From NCBI GenBank assembly GCA_036379915.1, contig DASVFS010000233.1, positions 1,803 through 65,802 of the forward strand: 64,000 nucleotides of DNA, written 5' to 3'. A program made the position numbers and the translations under genes. The notes under the pieces are model-generated. The model was not told where the DNA came from, did no database searches, and worked only from the letters and a program-made list of their open reading frames with translations. Below, piece after piece: positions 29,898 through 40,247 of this stretch. Every line of letters starts with the position of its first letter. The first letter of the stretch is position 1. This stretch comes from Conexibacter sp. (lineage in GTDB: Bacteria > Actinomycetota > Thermoleophilia > Solirubrobacterales > Solirubrobacteraceae).

Positions 29898-30887
29898 CTA
29901 TGCGGCGGACGGCCGGTCCGCCGCGTGCGCGAGCGCCTCGACCAGCCGCTCGAACGGGACGATCCCGGCGTGGTCGCCGTTCGCGTCGCAGCACACGAGC
30001 GCGTCGAAGCGCCGCTCCGGCGGGCGCAGGAGCGCGCGCTGCGCCGCCGCCGCCAAGCTGTCGGTCTCACGGAACGACTCGACCGCCGGGCCCGACGCCG
30101 CCGGCGCCGGCGCGCGTTCGACGAGCGGCGCGAGCGTGCCCGGCCGCAGCAGCGCCGCGCCGCGCTCGCCCACATAGCGGCTGAGCGCGAACGCGACCGG
30201 CGTGAGCGTCTTCGCCTGCACGCCGATCAGCGGCCCCTGCGCGAGCGGCACGCGCAGGCGCAGCAGCGCGTCGAGCTCCTCGACGCGCGTCACGCCTCTT
30301 GCCACCAACGTCGTGCCGAAGCGGGTCGCGAGCCGCTCGATCTCGTACAGCAGCGCGCGCTTGGCCGGGAGCAGGTCGAGGTCGGCGACGAGCGTCCCTT
30401 CGAGCTTCGCGAGCTCGGGGCGCAGCAGCGCCGCATGGCGCAGCACGCCGTCCTCGCCGCCGACGTGGTCGACGGCGAAGCGTGCGCCGGCCTCTCGCAG
30501 CTCCGCGACGCAGCCGGCGAGGCGCGACTCGTCGCGTCTGACGACGCGCGGCACGAGCTCGACCACGAGCCCGTCGAGCCGTCCGGCCCGCGCGAGCACG
30601 CGCCTGACCGCCTCGCGCAGCAGCGTCGCGGGGCGGACGTTGAACGCGAGGAAGCAGCCGTCGGGCAGGCTCTCGCGCGCATGCAGCAGCGACGCCGCGA
30701 CGAACGCGTCCCAGTCCGGCTCGAGCCCGCGTCGCAGCGCCTCGACCCGCCAGGCGTCGGGCGCGATCGCGCCGGGGAAGCGCTCGCGCGCCTCGTAGCC
30801 GCAGATCGTCCCGCGCGCGAGGTCGGCGATCGGCTCGTAGACGAGGCGGCAGCGCCCGCGGCGGTCGATCAGGTGCTGTGGCCTCAC
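29898..30887 (-). CDS. Degenerate EAL domain protein with short CBS-like tail
   Basis: VYEPIADL...GYEAR, AFNV, FAVDHVG, LRPELAKL, LAQG; GTG overlaps upstream stop. Confidence 0.8.
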   Translation of the reverse strand: MRPQHLIDRRGRCRLVYEPIADLARGTICGYEARERFPGAIAPDAWRVEALRRGLEPDWDAFVAASLLHARESLPDGCFLAFNVRPATLLREAVRRVLARAGRLDGLVVELVPRVVRRDESRLAGCVAELREAGARFAVDHVGGEDGVLRHAALLRPELAKLEGTLVADLDLLPAKRALLYEIERLATRFGTTLVARGVTRVEELDALLRLRVPLAQGPLIGVQAKTLTPVAFALSRYVGERGAALLRPGTLAPLVERAPAPAASGPAVESFRETDSLAAAAQRALLRPPERRFDALVCCDANGDHAGIVPFERLVEALAHAADRPSAA

Positions 30888-32152
30888 CCGTTCGGGCGGC
30901 GCGACGGCGTCTGCCGATCGGTCGCCTCGCGGCGCACGCGGCCGGCGGCGACGCCGCGCTCGGAGGCCGGTCCGCGCGGTGCGGCGATGCCGAGCACGCG
31001 CATCGCCTTCAGGCCGAACGACAGCTTCTCGCGCCCGTCGGTGGAGTTGACGTCGAGCCCGGTGATCTCGCGCACGCGCTCGAAGCGGTAGCGCACCGTG
31101 TGGCGGTGCGTGATCAGTCGCGCGGCGGTCGCGTTGACGTTGCCGTCGCACTCGAGGAACGTCTCGAGCGTCCCGACGAGGTCGGAGGTCTCGTACTGCT
31201 CGTCGTAGGCCACGAGCTTCGAGACCGTCTCGTCGTAGAAGCGCCGCAGTTCGCCGGGGTCGCTCATGTGCGGCAGCAGCAGCTGATAGGTGCCGGTGTC
31301 GTCGTAGGCGAGCAGCGCCTCGTCCTGGTCGCCCTCGACGACGTTCGCGGCCAGCAGCGCCTCGTTGCCGGCGCGGTGCAGGTCGATCGGGTCGCGTGCG
31401 ACGCGGCTGCGGCCGACCGCGAACGCGAAGCCGCTGAGGTTGGCCTCGAGCTCGCGCAGGAGCGTCGCGGCGACGCGCCGCCCAGCCTCGCCGTCGGCGT
31501 CGGCCGCGAGCACGACGACCTCGTCGCCGTCGCCGCCGCGCGTGGCGGCCGCGATCGACCCGGGGGCGATCGAGCGGGCGGCGCGCTCGGCGAGCGCGAG
31601 CAGGCGCGTGCGCCAGTCGTCGTCGGTCGGGGTGCGGGCGTGCGCGCGCACGACCACCACGCTGCCGCCGCGTTCGAGCGCGATGCCGAGCTCCTTGCCG
31701 CGCGCGACGAGGTCCTCGCGATCGGCGATCTCGCGCGCGAGCAGGGCGTGCAGGAACTCCGCGGCGGCCGCCTCGGAGGCGCGCTCGGGCCCGCGCACGC
31801 GCTCGACCTCGGAGGCCACGAGCGTCGTGACGAGCCGCAGCATCGACGGGTCCGGCGAGCCCTCGCGGCCGCGCAGCCGCAGCTGCCCGACGGCCGCGTC
31901 GGCGACGCGCAGCTCGACGCGCTCGACGCCGTCCGCCTCGCGCAGCAGCGCCTGCTCCTCGGCCGGCGAGCGGGCCGCGACGGCGAGCACGACGCTCGTA
32001 CGGTCGATCAGCACGAGGCTCGCGTCGAGCGCGCGCGCGGCCGCGCGCACGATCTCCGGCAGGCCGGCGCCCGCGGCGACCGCCTCGGTGATCGCCTCGA
32101 GTGCCCGCAGGTCCGGCGTCGACGCCGTCTCGTCGCGCGCGTGCGGGGGCAT
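30884..32152 (-). CDS. PucR/CdaR family transcriptional regulator
   Basis: LVGTLETFLECDGNVNATAARLITHRHTVRYRFERV. Confidence 0.9.
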   Translation of the reverse strand: MPPHARDETASTPDLRALEAITEAVAAGAGLPEIVRAAARALDASLVLIDRTSVVLAVAARSPAEEQALLREADGVERVELRVADAAVGQLRLRGREGSPDPSMLRLVTTLVASEVERVRGPERASEAAAAEFLHALLAREIADREDLVARGKELGIALERGGSVVVVRAHARTPTDDDWRTRLLALAERAARSIAPGSIAAATRGGDGDEVVVLAADADGEAGRRVAATLLRELEANLSGFAFAVGRSRVARDPIDLHRAGNEALLAANVVEGDQDEALLAYDDTGTYQLLLPHMSDPGELRRFYDETVSKLVAYDEQYETSDLVGTLETFLECDGNVNATAARLITHRHTVRYRFERVREITGLDVNSTDGREKLSFGLKAMRVLGIAAPRGPASERGVAAGRVRREATDRQTPSRRPNG

Positions 32153-32201
32153 CGCCGGATTGTACGGCGACGTTCCGGATCGCCCGTCGCCGTCGACGTC
32201 G

Positions 32202-32423
32202 CTAGAAGTAGCGCGGCCAGAGCACGATGACGGCGATGCCGGCGAGGACGCCGACGCCGACGAACGCGCCGAGCACCCACAGCGTCAGCAGGCCGGCGAC
32301 GATCCGCTCCCACACGCGCTGGTAGGAGTTGACGACCGGCACCAGGACGAGGCCGACGAACGCGGCGAGACCGGCGAGGCCGGCGCAGATGGCGACGAGC
32401 TGGGTGATCGCGTCGTGGCTCAT
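32202..32423 (-). CDS. Small two-TM hypothetical protein
   Basis: Two hydrophobic helices around YQRVWER; overlaps ispE stop by 4 nt. Confidence 0.72.
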   Translation of the reverse strand: MSHDAITQLVAICAGLAGLAAFVGLVLVPVVNSYQRVWERIVAGLLTLWVLGAFVGVGVLAGIAVIVLWPRYF

Positions 32424-33427
32424 GCGGGCGGCTCATGGTTCCACACCCCGCGGACCGCCGCGAACGCGGCGTCGACGGGGTGCGCGCCGACCGCACCGGG
32501 GAAGCGGGCGCGCAGCTGCTGCGCGGCGGCGGCGGCCGCCGCCGGGCCGTCCGGGCCGGCGAAGACGCCGACGACGGTCGGGCCGGAGCCGGACACGAGC
32601 GCGTGATCGGCGCCGGCCGCGCGCGCGGCGGAGAGCGCGGCGTCGATCGAGGGGCACAGCGAGCGCGCGGCGGGCTCGAGGTCGTTGACGAGCAGCTCGG
32701 GTGGCAGCGGCGATGCCGCGCGCGCGGCGGCCCCGGCCGATGCAGCCGAGGCGCCCGCGGCGGCGAGGACGGCTTCGAGCGTGGCGCGGCGCTCCGCGAG
32801 CTCGTCGGCCGAGCGCCCCAGCCCGAGCCGATCCGCCTCGCGGAAGACGTCGCGCGTCGACAAGGCGTGCGGCGACGGCAGCACGAGCACGCCGTGCGGC
32901 GGCAGCGACGGCAACGGCCGCAGCTCCTCGCCGGCCCCGCCGACGAGCAGCGGCCCGGGCGCGACCTGCGACGGCACGTCGGCGCCGAGCTGCGGCGCGA
33001 GCCGCGCGAGCAGCGGATCGTCGGCGCGCCGCCCGGCCGCGTGCGCGACGAGGCGCAGCGCCGCGGCGGCGTCGCCCGAGCCGCCGCCCATGCCGGCGGC
33101 GACCGGCACGCGCTTGGCGATCGTGAGCCGCAGAGGCGGGCCCTCCCAGCCGCTCGCGGCGCGAAACGCGGCGAGCGCCGCGCCGGCCAGGTTCGGCCCC
33201 TCGACGCCCGCGCAGACGACCTCGTCCTCGCCGGCCGCGCAGCCCATGTCGCCCGCGCCCGGCGCCGCGGCGACGAGCGCCGCGCCGGGCAGCGGCTCGA
33301 GCGTCAGCTCGTCGGCGAGCGACAGCGGCTCGATCACGGAGACGAGCTCGTGCAGCCCGTCGGCGCGTGTGCCGCCGAGGAACAGGCACAGGTTCGTCTT
33401 GCCGGGTGCGAGTGCGGTGAGCCTCAT
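32420..33427 (-). CDS. ispE: 4-diphosphocytidyl-2-C-methyl-D-erythritol kinase
   Basis: APGKTNL, HEL, KRVPVAAGMGGGSGDAA, LGADVP, NDLE, SGSGPT. Confidence 0.95.
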   Translation of the reverse strand: MRLTALAPGKTNLCLFLGGTRADGLHELVSVIEPLSLADELTLEPLPGAALVAAAPGAGDMGCAAGEDEVVCAGVEGPNLAGAALAAFRAASGWEGPPLRLTIAKRVPVAAGMGGGSGDAAAALRLVAHAAGRRADDPLLARLAPQLGADVPSQVAPGPLLVGGAGEELRPLPSLPPHGVLVLPSPHALSTRDVFREADRLGLGRSADELAERRATLEAVLAAAGASAASAGAAARAASPLPPELLVNDLEPAARSLCPSIDAALSAARAAGADHALVSGSGPTVVGVFAGPDGPAAAAAAAQQLRARFPGAVGAHPVDAAFAAVRGVWNHEPPA

Positions 33428-34320
33428 GCGCGCGACTCCGGCTCGCCGGCGGCGCCGCTCGTGTGCGGCGCGCGCTCGACCGCCTCCCACAGCTCGCGCA
33501 GCCGCTCGGGCGAGAGCCGCTCGGCGCGCACGTCGGCCGGCTCGCCGAGCGCCTCCAGCGCGGCCCGCACCACGTCGCGGCCGGCGACGCCCGCGAGCGC
33601 GACCGACTTCGCGAGCGCCTTGCGGCGGTGGGCGAACGCGCCCTGCACGAACGCGCGCAGGCCAGGAGGAATCGGATCCCGCCCGCCCGCCCGCCCGCCC
33701 GCGCCGCCGCGCCGCTCGAGCCCGACGAGCACCGAGTCGACGTTCGGCACCGGCTGGAAGACCTGCCGCGAGATCGGCCGCAGCACGCGCACCTCGCAGG
33801 CGAGCTGCGCGAGGACGGAAGGCACGCCGTACGCCGATGTGCCGGCCTGCGCCGCGAAGCGCTCGCCGACCTCCTTCTGCACCATCGCGACCCAGCGCGT
33901 CACGGACGGCAGCTGCTCGACGGTGCGCAGGATCGCGCCGGCGGCGATCCCGTACGGCAGGTTCGCGACGACCTTCGTCGGCGCCGGGTCGAGCGCGCGC
34001 AGGTCGAGCGCCATCGCGTCGGCCAGCCACAGCGTGGCGCGCGCGCCGAACGGGTCGAGCGCGTCCCGCAGCGCCGGCTCCAGCGAGCGGTCGACCTCGA
34101 CGACGTGCACGTGCGCGACGCGCGCGGCGAGGTGCTCCGACAGCACGCCGACGCCGCCGCCGATCTCCAGCACGACGTCGTCGGGCGCCAGCTCCGCCGC
34201 GCGTCCGATCACGTCGAGGATGTTCGAGTCGATCAGGAAGTTCTGGCCGAGGTCGCGCTTCGGCCGGACGCCGAACGCGCGCATGCGACGCAGCGTCGGC
34301 TGGGTGGGGAGCTCGCTCAC
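33424..34320 (-). CDS. rsmA: 16S rRNA m6,2A dimethyltransferase KsgA
   Basis: LGQNFLID, LEIGGG.G, ANLPY, MVQKEV, PVPNVDS, RRK. Confidence 0.96.
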   Translation of the reverse strand: MSELPTQPTLRRMRAFGVRPKRDLGQNFLIDSNILDVIGRAAELAPDDVVLEIGGGVGVLSEHLAARVAHVHVVEVDRSLEPALRDALDPFGARATLWLADAMALDLRALDPAPTKVVANLPYGIAAGAILRTVEQLPSVTRWVAMVQKEVGERFAAQAGTSAYGVPSVLAQLACEVRVLRPISRQVFQPVPNVDSVLVGLERRGGAGGRAGGRDPIPPGLRAFVQGAFAHRRKALAKSVALAGVAGRDVVRAALEALGEPADVRAERLSPERLRELWEAVERAPHTSGAAGEPESRA

Positions 34321-35062
34321 CAGCCGAACAGCTCGGCGGCGTTGCGCTCCACCTGCGCCTCCAGCTCCTCGTAGGCGACGCCGCGCTCCGCCGCGACCAC
34401 CTCGGCGGTCAGCGTCACGTTGGCGGGCTGGTTGCGCTCCTTGCGCACCGCCTGCGGCGTGAGGTACGGCGCGTCGGTCTCGACCAGCAGCCGCCCGGCG
34501 GGGACCTCGCGTGCGGCGGCGCGCAGCGCGACGTTCGGCGGGTAGGTGACGTTGCCGGCGAACGAGATCCAGTAGCCGCGCTCGAGGCACGCGTCGAGCC
34601 GGTCGGGCATCGAGAAGCAGTGGAGGATCACTCTGAGGCCTTCCGCCTGGCCCCCGAGCATCGAGAGCGTGTCGTCGTCGGCCGCGCGCGTGTGGATCAC
34701 GAGCGGCTTGCCGGTCGCGCGCGCGAGCTGCATGTGCGCGGCGAAGGCGCGCTCCTGGTCCTCGCGCGAGGCGGTCTGGCGGAAGAAGTCGAGCCCCGTC
34801 TCGCCGATCGCGCGACAGCGCGGATGCGCCGCGAGCGCCTCCAGCTCGGCGAGGTCGGCGGCGTCGAAGCCGGTCGCGTGGTTCGGGTGGCGGCCGACCG
34901 CGACGTACACCTGCGGGAAGTCCTCGGCGAGCTGCAGCGCGGCGCGGCACGAGTCGGAGTCGGTGCCGACCGTCAGCATCCGCCGCACGCCGACGCGCTC
35001 GGCCGCGGCGACCAGCTCCTCCGGCGACGGCGCGCACGACGTGAGGTGCGTGTGGCTGTCGA

Positions 35063-35066
<4 letters not shown>
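34317..35066 (-). CDS. tatD: TatD family hydrolase
   Basis: DSHTHL, IGETGLD, IHTR, LHCF, ETDAPY. Confidence 0.95.
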
Positions 35067-36556
<1,490 letters not shown>

Positions 36557-36570
36557 GGGCGCGCCGAAGG

Positions 36571-37386
36571 CTACTCGGCCGCGGCGTCCGTCAGCGCCTT
36601 GTAGAGCGCGTTCGCCGGCACGCCCGTCAGCTCCGCCACGACGCCCGCGGCCGGGCGCGGCTTGGCGCCCGCGTCGACGAGCCGGCGCAGCGCGTCGAGC
36701 GCCGGGGCCAGCGGCGCGTCGGCCTCCGGCGCGGCGCCGACGACGAGCACGACCTCGCCGCGCGGCGGCTCGGCGGCATAGCGCTCGGCCAGCTCGGCCG
36801 CCGTGCCACGCACGACCTCCTCGTGCAGCTTCGTCAGCTCGCGGCAGACGGCGACCGGCCGCGCCGGGTCGAGCTCCGCCAGCGCCTCCAGCGACGCCGC
36901 GACGCGCTTCGGCGACTCGAACGCGACAAGCGTCTCGGGCGTTCCGAACGCCGCTGTCAGCTCGCCCCGCTTGCGCGGCAGGAAGCCGGCGAAGCGCCAG
37001 CGCTCGGCCGGCAGCGCGCTCGCCACCAGCGCGGCGAGGGCAGCGCTCGGCCCGGGCAGCACCTCGACCGCCAAGCCGGCCGCGACGCACGCCTGCACGA
37101 GCAGGAAGCCGGGGTCGGAGACGAGCGGCATGCCGGCGTCGGACACGAGCGCGACGTTCGCGCCCGCCTGCATCCGTCGCACGAGCTCGTTCGCGCGCTC
37201 GCGCTCGTTGTGCTCGTGGTAGCTGAGCAGCTCGGACGACACCCCGTAGCGGTCGAGCAGCGTGCGCGTGCGGCGCGTGTCCTCGCAGGCGATGAGGTCG
37301 GCCTCGCGCAGCGCGGAGAGCACCCGCAGCGTGACGTCCTCGAGGTTGCCGATCGGCGTCGGGCAGACGATCAGATGGCCGGGCAT
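36571..37386 (-). CDS. rsmI: 16S rRNA C1402 2'-O-methyltransferase
   Basis: TPIGNLED, EDTR, SDAGMP.VSDPG, RELTKLHEE. Confidence 0.97.
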   Translation of the reverse strand: MPGHLIVCPTPIGNLEDVTLRVLSALREADLIACEDTRRTRTLLDRYGVSSELLSYHEHNERERANELVRRMQAGANVALVSDAGMPLVSDPGFLLVQACVAAGLAVEVLPGPSAALAALVASALPAERWRFAGFLPRKRGELTAAFGTPETLVAFESPKRVAASLEALAELDPARPVAVCRELTKLHEEVVRGTAAELAERYAAEPPRGEVVLVVGAAPEADAPLAPALDALRRLVDAGAKPRPAAGVVAELTGVPANALYKALTDAAAE

Positions 37387-37390
37387 GTGC

Positions 37391-38359
37391 TTACGCGACG
37401 CTCCGCTGCGCGCCGGCGAACGCCAGCGCCGCGGCGCCGACGAGCCCGGCCTCGGTCCCGAACTGCGCCGGCACGATCTGCGCGTGCGCGGACATCGTCG
37501 GCAGCGCGCGCCGCACCGCCTCCGCGCGCGCCGGCGCCAGCAGCAGCGCGCCGGCGGCGATCACGCCCCCGCCGATCACGACCACGTCGGGGTCGAAGAC
37601 GTTCATGAGGCTCGCGATCCCGACGCCGAGGTTCACGCCGACCAGCGTGATCGCCTCGATCGCGGCGGCGTCGCCGTCGTGCGCCAGCTCGGTGATCAGC
37701 GCGCCGGTGACGTCGCGCCCGTCGGCGAGCGCACGCCCCAGCGCGGACTCCGGCTGCTCGCCGGCGATCCGCCGCCCCTCGCGCGTGAGCGCGGTGCCGG
37801 ACGCGAGCGTCTCGAGGCAGCCGTTGTTGGGGCAGTGGCCCTGGCACGGCGGTCCGTCGAGGTCGATCGTGATGTGGCCGAGCTCGGCGCCGGCTCCGAT
37901 CGCGCCGCGGAACGGCGCGCCGTTCAGGATCAACCCGCCGCCGATGCCGGTGCCGATCGTCAGCAGCACGACGTCGGTCGCGCCCTGCGCGGCGCCGGCG
38001 CGCCACTCGGCGAGCGCGGCGACGTTGCCGTCGTTGTCGACCTCGACCGGCAGCCCGAGCCGCTCCGCCATCAGGTCGCGGAACGGCACGTCTCTCAGCG
38101 GCAGGTTCACCGCCATCGTCGCCACCCCGCGACGCTGGTCGATCAGGCAGGGGATCCCGAAGCCGACCGCCGTCACCTCGCTCGTGGTCGCCGCGCGCGC
38201 CTCCTCGACCGCCTCGACGGCCATGTCGAGCAGCTCGCGCTGCCCGAGCCCGCGGACCGCGCGATGGACGCGGTGGTGCACGTTGAGGTCCGCGTCGACG
38301 ACGCCGGCGAGCAGCTTCGTGCCGCCGAGATCGACGCCGATAACGCAATCCGACGACAT
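37391..38359 (-). CDS. ROK family (gluco)kinase
   Basis: DLGGTK, NDGNVAALAE, GTGIGGG, ELGH, C-rich GCLE. Confidence 0.93.
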   Translation of the reverse strand: MSSDCVIGVDLGGTKLLAGVVDADLNVHHRVHRAVRGLGQRELLDMAVEAVEEARAATTSEVTAVGFGIPCLIDQRRGVATMAVNLPLRDVPFRDLMAERLGLPVEVDNDGNVAALAEWRAGAAQGATDVVLLTIGTGIGGGLILNGAPFRGAIGAGAELGHITIDLDGPPCQGHCPNNGCLETLASGTALTREGRRIAGEQPESALGRALADGRDVTGALITELAHDGDAAAIEAITLVGVNLGVGIASLMNVFDPDVVVIGGGVIAAGALLLAPARAEAVRRALPTMSAHAQIVPAQFGTEAGLVGAAALAFAGAQRSVA

Positions 38360-38379
38360 CTCGGCCACTATAGACCGGC

Positions 38380-39495
38380 ATGGCAGACGACCGAGGGCCG
38401 GGCGGGCGGGTCCCCTACAACCGATATCGGTCACGGCCGCCGGGTCTGCGCGAGCGGCTGCGAGGCGAGAACGCCGGACTGGACGAGCTGCAGGCGCACG
38501 AAGCGCCGCGGTCTCGCCACCGCCTGCGCCTGCCGCGCCTGCGCGCACGCGGCGGGCGGATCACCCCTGGACGCATCGTGCTGTGGGTCGCGCTCGCGAT
38601 CGGCGCCTGGCTCGCGCTCTCGCTCGTGCTGTTCCTCGTCAGCGCGCAGATCGAGCAAGGCAAGGTGTCGGACGACGCGCACGCCGCGCTGCGCTCGGCC
38701 GGCTACCCGCTCACCTCGCCGAACACGATCCTGATCCTCGGCTCCGACGCGCGCCCCGAGGGCTCGAAGGAGCCCGGCGCGAACCCGGGCGGCCCGAGCC
38801 GCAGCGACACGATCATGCTGTGGCGCGTCGGCGGCGGCCACGCGTCGCGCTTGTCGATTCCGCGCGACACGGTCGTCGAGATTCCCGGCCACGGACGCCA
38901 GAAGATCAACGCCGCCTACGCGTTCGGCGGGGCGGCGCTTGCGATCCGCACGATCTCGCAGTACCTCGGGGTCCCGATCAACCACCTCGTCGAGGTCGAC
39001 TTCGAGAACTTCCCGAAGCTCGTCGACGCGCTCGGCGGCGTCGACGTGAAGACCGGACGCGTCTGCTCGAAGATCAACGGCGGCCGCGCGAACGGCGGCG
39101 TCACGCTGAACCTGCACAGCGGCGAGCACCACCTCAGCGGCAGACAGGCGCTCGCGCTCGCGCGCACGCGCAAGAACGACTGCAACCCCGCCGAGAACGA
39201 CTTGACCCGCGCGAGACGCCAGCAGCAGATCTTGTCCGCCATGAAGGACCGGCTGTTCGCGCCGACGACGTTCCTGCGGCTGCCGTGGGTCTCCTGGTAC
39301 ACGCCCAAGACGATGCGCACCGACATGGGCGGCCCCACGCTGCTCGGCTTCTTCGCGGCCGCGGCCGCGGGCGGCTCGCCGCCGGTCGAGGTGCTGAAGC
39401 CCTCCGCCTTCGAGACGCTGCCCGACGGCGGCTCCGGCCTCGTCGTCTCGGACGCCGACAAGCAGGCGGCCGTGCGGCGCTTCCTGGACGGCTGA
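38380..39495 (+). CDS. LytR-CpsA-Psr (LCP) family protein
   Basis: TM helix, ILILGSD, RSDTIML, SIPRD, KINAAY, VDALGG, RQQ. Confidence 0.95.
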   Translation: MADDRGPGGRVPYNRYRSRPPGLRERLRGENAGLDELQAHEAPRSRHRLRLPRLRARGGRITPGRIVLWVALAIGAWLALSLVLFLVSAQIEQGKVSDDAHAALRSAGYPLTSPNTILILGSDARPEGSKEPGANPGGPSRSDTIMLWRVGGGHASRLSIPRDTVVEIPGHGRQKINAAYAFGGAALAIRTISQYLGVPINHLVEVDFENFPKLVDALGGVDVKTGRVCSKINGGRANGGVTLNLHSGEHHLSGRQALALARTRKNDCNPAENDLTRARRQQQILSAMKDRLFAPTTFLRLPWVSWYTPKTMRTDMGGPTLLGFFAAAAAGGSPPVEVLKPSAFETLPDGGSGLVVSDADKQAAVRRFLDG

Positions 39496-39509
39496 CCGAC
39501 CGCCGCCGG

Positions 39510-39930
39510 TCAGGCGTCCGGCGCCGGCGCCACGACGAAGCGCCAGCGCGCGACGACCTCGCCGCCGACGGACCAGCGCACGGCGTATCTGCCCGGCGGG
39601 AAGCGCAGCGGCGTGACGGTCGCGGCGCCCGCCGGACCGGTCGTGAGCGCGAAGCACGTACGTCTGGCCGGCGCGACGTCGCGGCGCCGCACGCACGTGC
39701 GGAACCGCGTCCGCGCCGCCTGCGCATCGGTGAACACGAGGTCCGCCGCCGCGCGGCCGGTCGCCGCGCTCGCCGCGAGCTTGTGCGTCGGGGTGCGCAG
39801 CGCGTCGGTCACCTGACCGGCGAAGCGGCGCGGCGCGGCCGCGCCGGCGGACGCCGGCGGCAGCCCGAGCGCGGTCAGCGCGACCAGCGCCAGCGCGGCG
39901 CTACGCCGCGTCGGCCTTCTTCGCGCCGCC
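39510..39930 (-). CDS. Hypothetical exported protein (start uncertain)
   Basis: RRSAALALVALTALG...AGA signal-like stretch; C-terminal PGRYAVRWSVGGEVVARWRFVV beta-rich domain. Confidence 0.5.
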
Positions 39931-40218
39931 GCCGTCCTTGGAGGGCGCCGCTCTGCTGTCGCCGCCGTCGCTCTTGGCGCTGCTCTCGCCACCGCTCTTG
40001 GCTCTCCCCTCGCCGTCCGCGCTTCTCTCGCGCGCACGCTTCTTCGTCCCATAGTCGGTGTTGTAGAAGCCGGAGCCCTTGAAGTGCACGGCCGGGGCGT
40101 GCAGGACGCGTACGGCGGGCGCCTCGCAGACCTCGCAGGCGTCCAGCGCGTCCTCGCTCATGCGCTGGATCACCTCGAAGGTGTGCCCCTTCTCACAGCG
40201 GTACTCGTAGATCGGCAT
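39901..40218 (-). CDS. FmdB family zinc ribbon protein
   Basis: MPIYEYRC..GH.FE, CEVC, FKGSGFYNTDY. Confidence 0.93.
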   Translation of the reverse strand: MPIYEYRCEKGHTFEVIQRMSEDALDACEVCEAPAVRVLHAPAVHFKGSGFYNTDYGTKKRARERSADGEGRAKSGGESSAKSDGGDSRAAPSKDGGGAKKADAA

Positions 40219-40228
40219 CAGGCGAAGA

Positions 40229-40238
40229 AGGATAGAGT
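40229..40238. promoter_or_regulatory. Overlapping divergent -10 elements for fmdB and glyQS
   Basis: TAGAGT (+, 40233-40238) and TATCCT (-, 40234-40229), 9-10 nt from the two ATGs. Confidence 0.55.
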
Positions 40239-40247
40239 CCGCCGGCG

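Noticed and set aside
32740-33300. Ala/Gly-rich insertions in IspE
   Set aside because: In-frame low-complexity loop expansions typical of high-GC genomes; catalytic motifs intact, no intein signatures.
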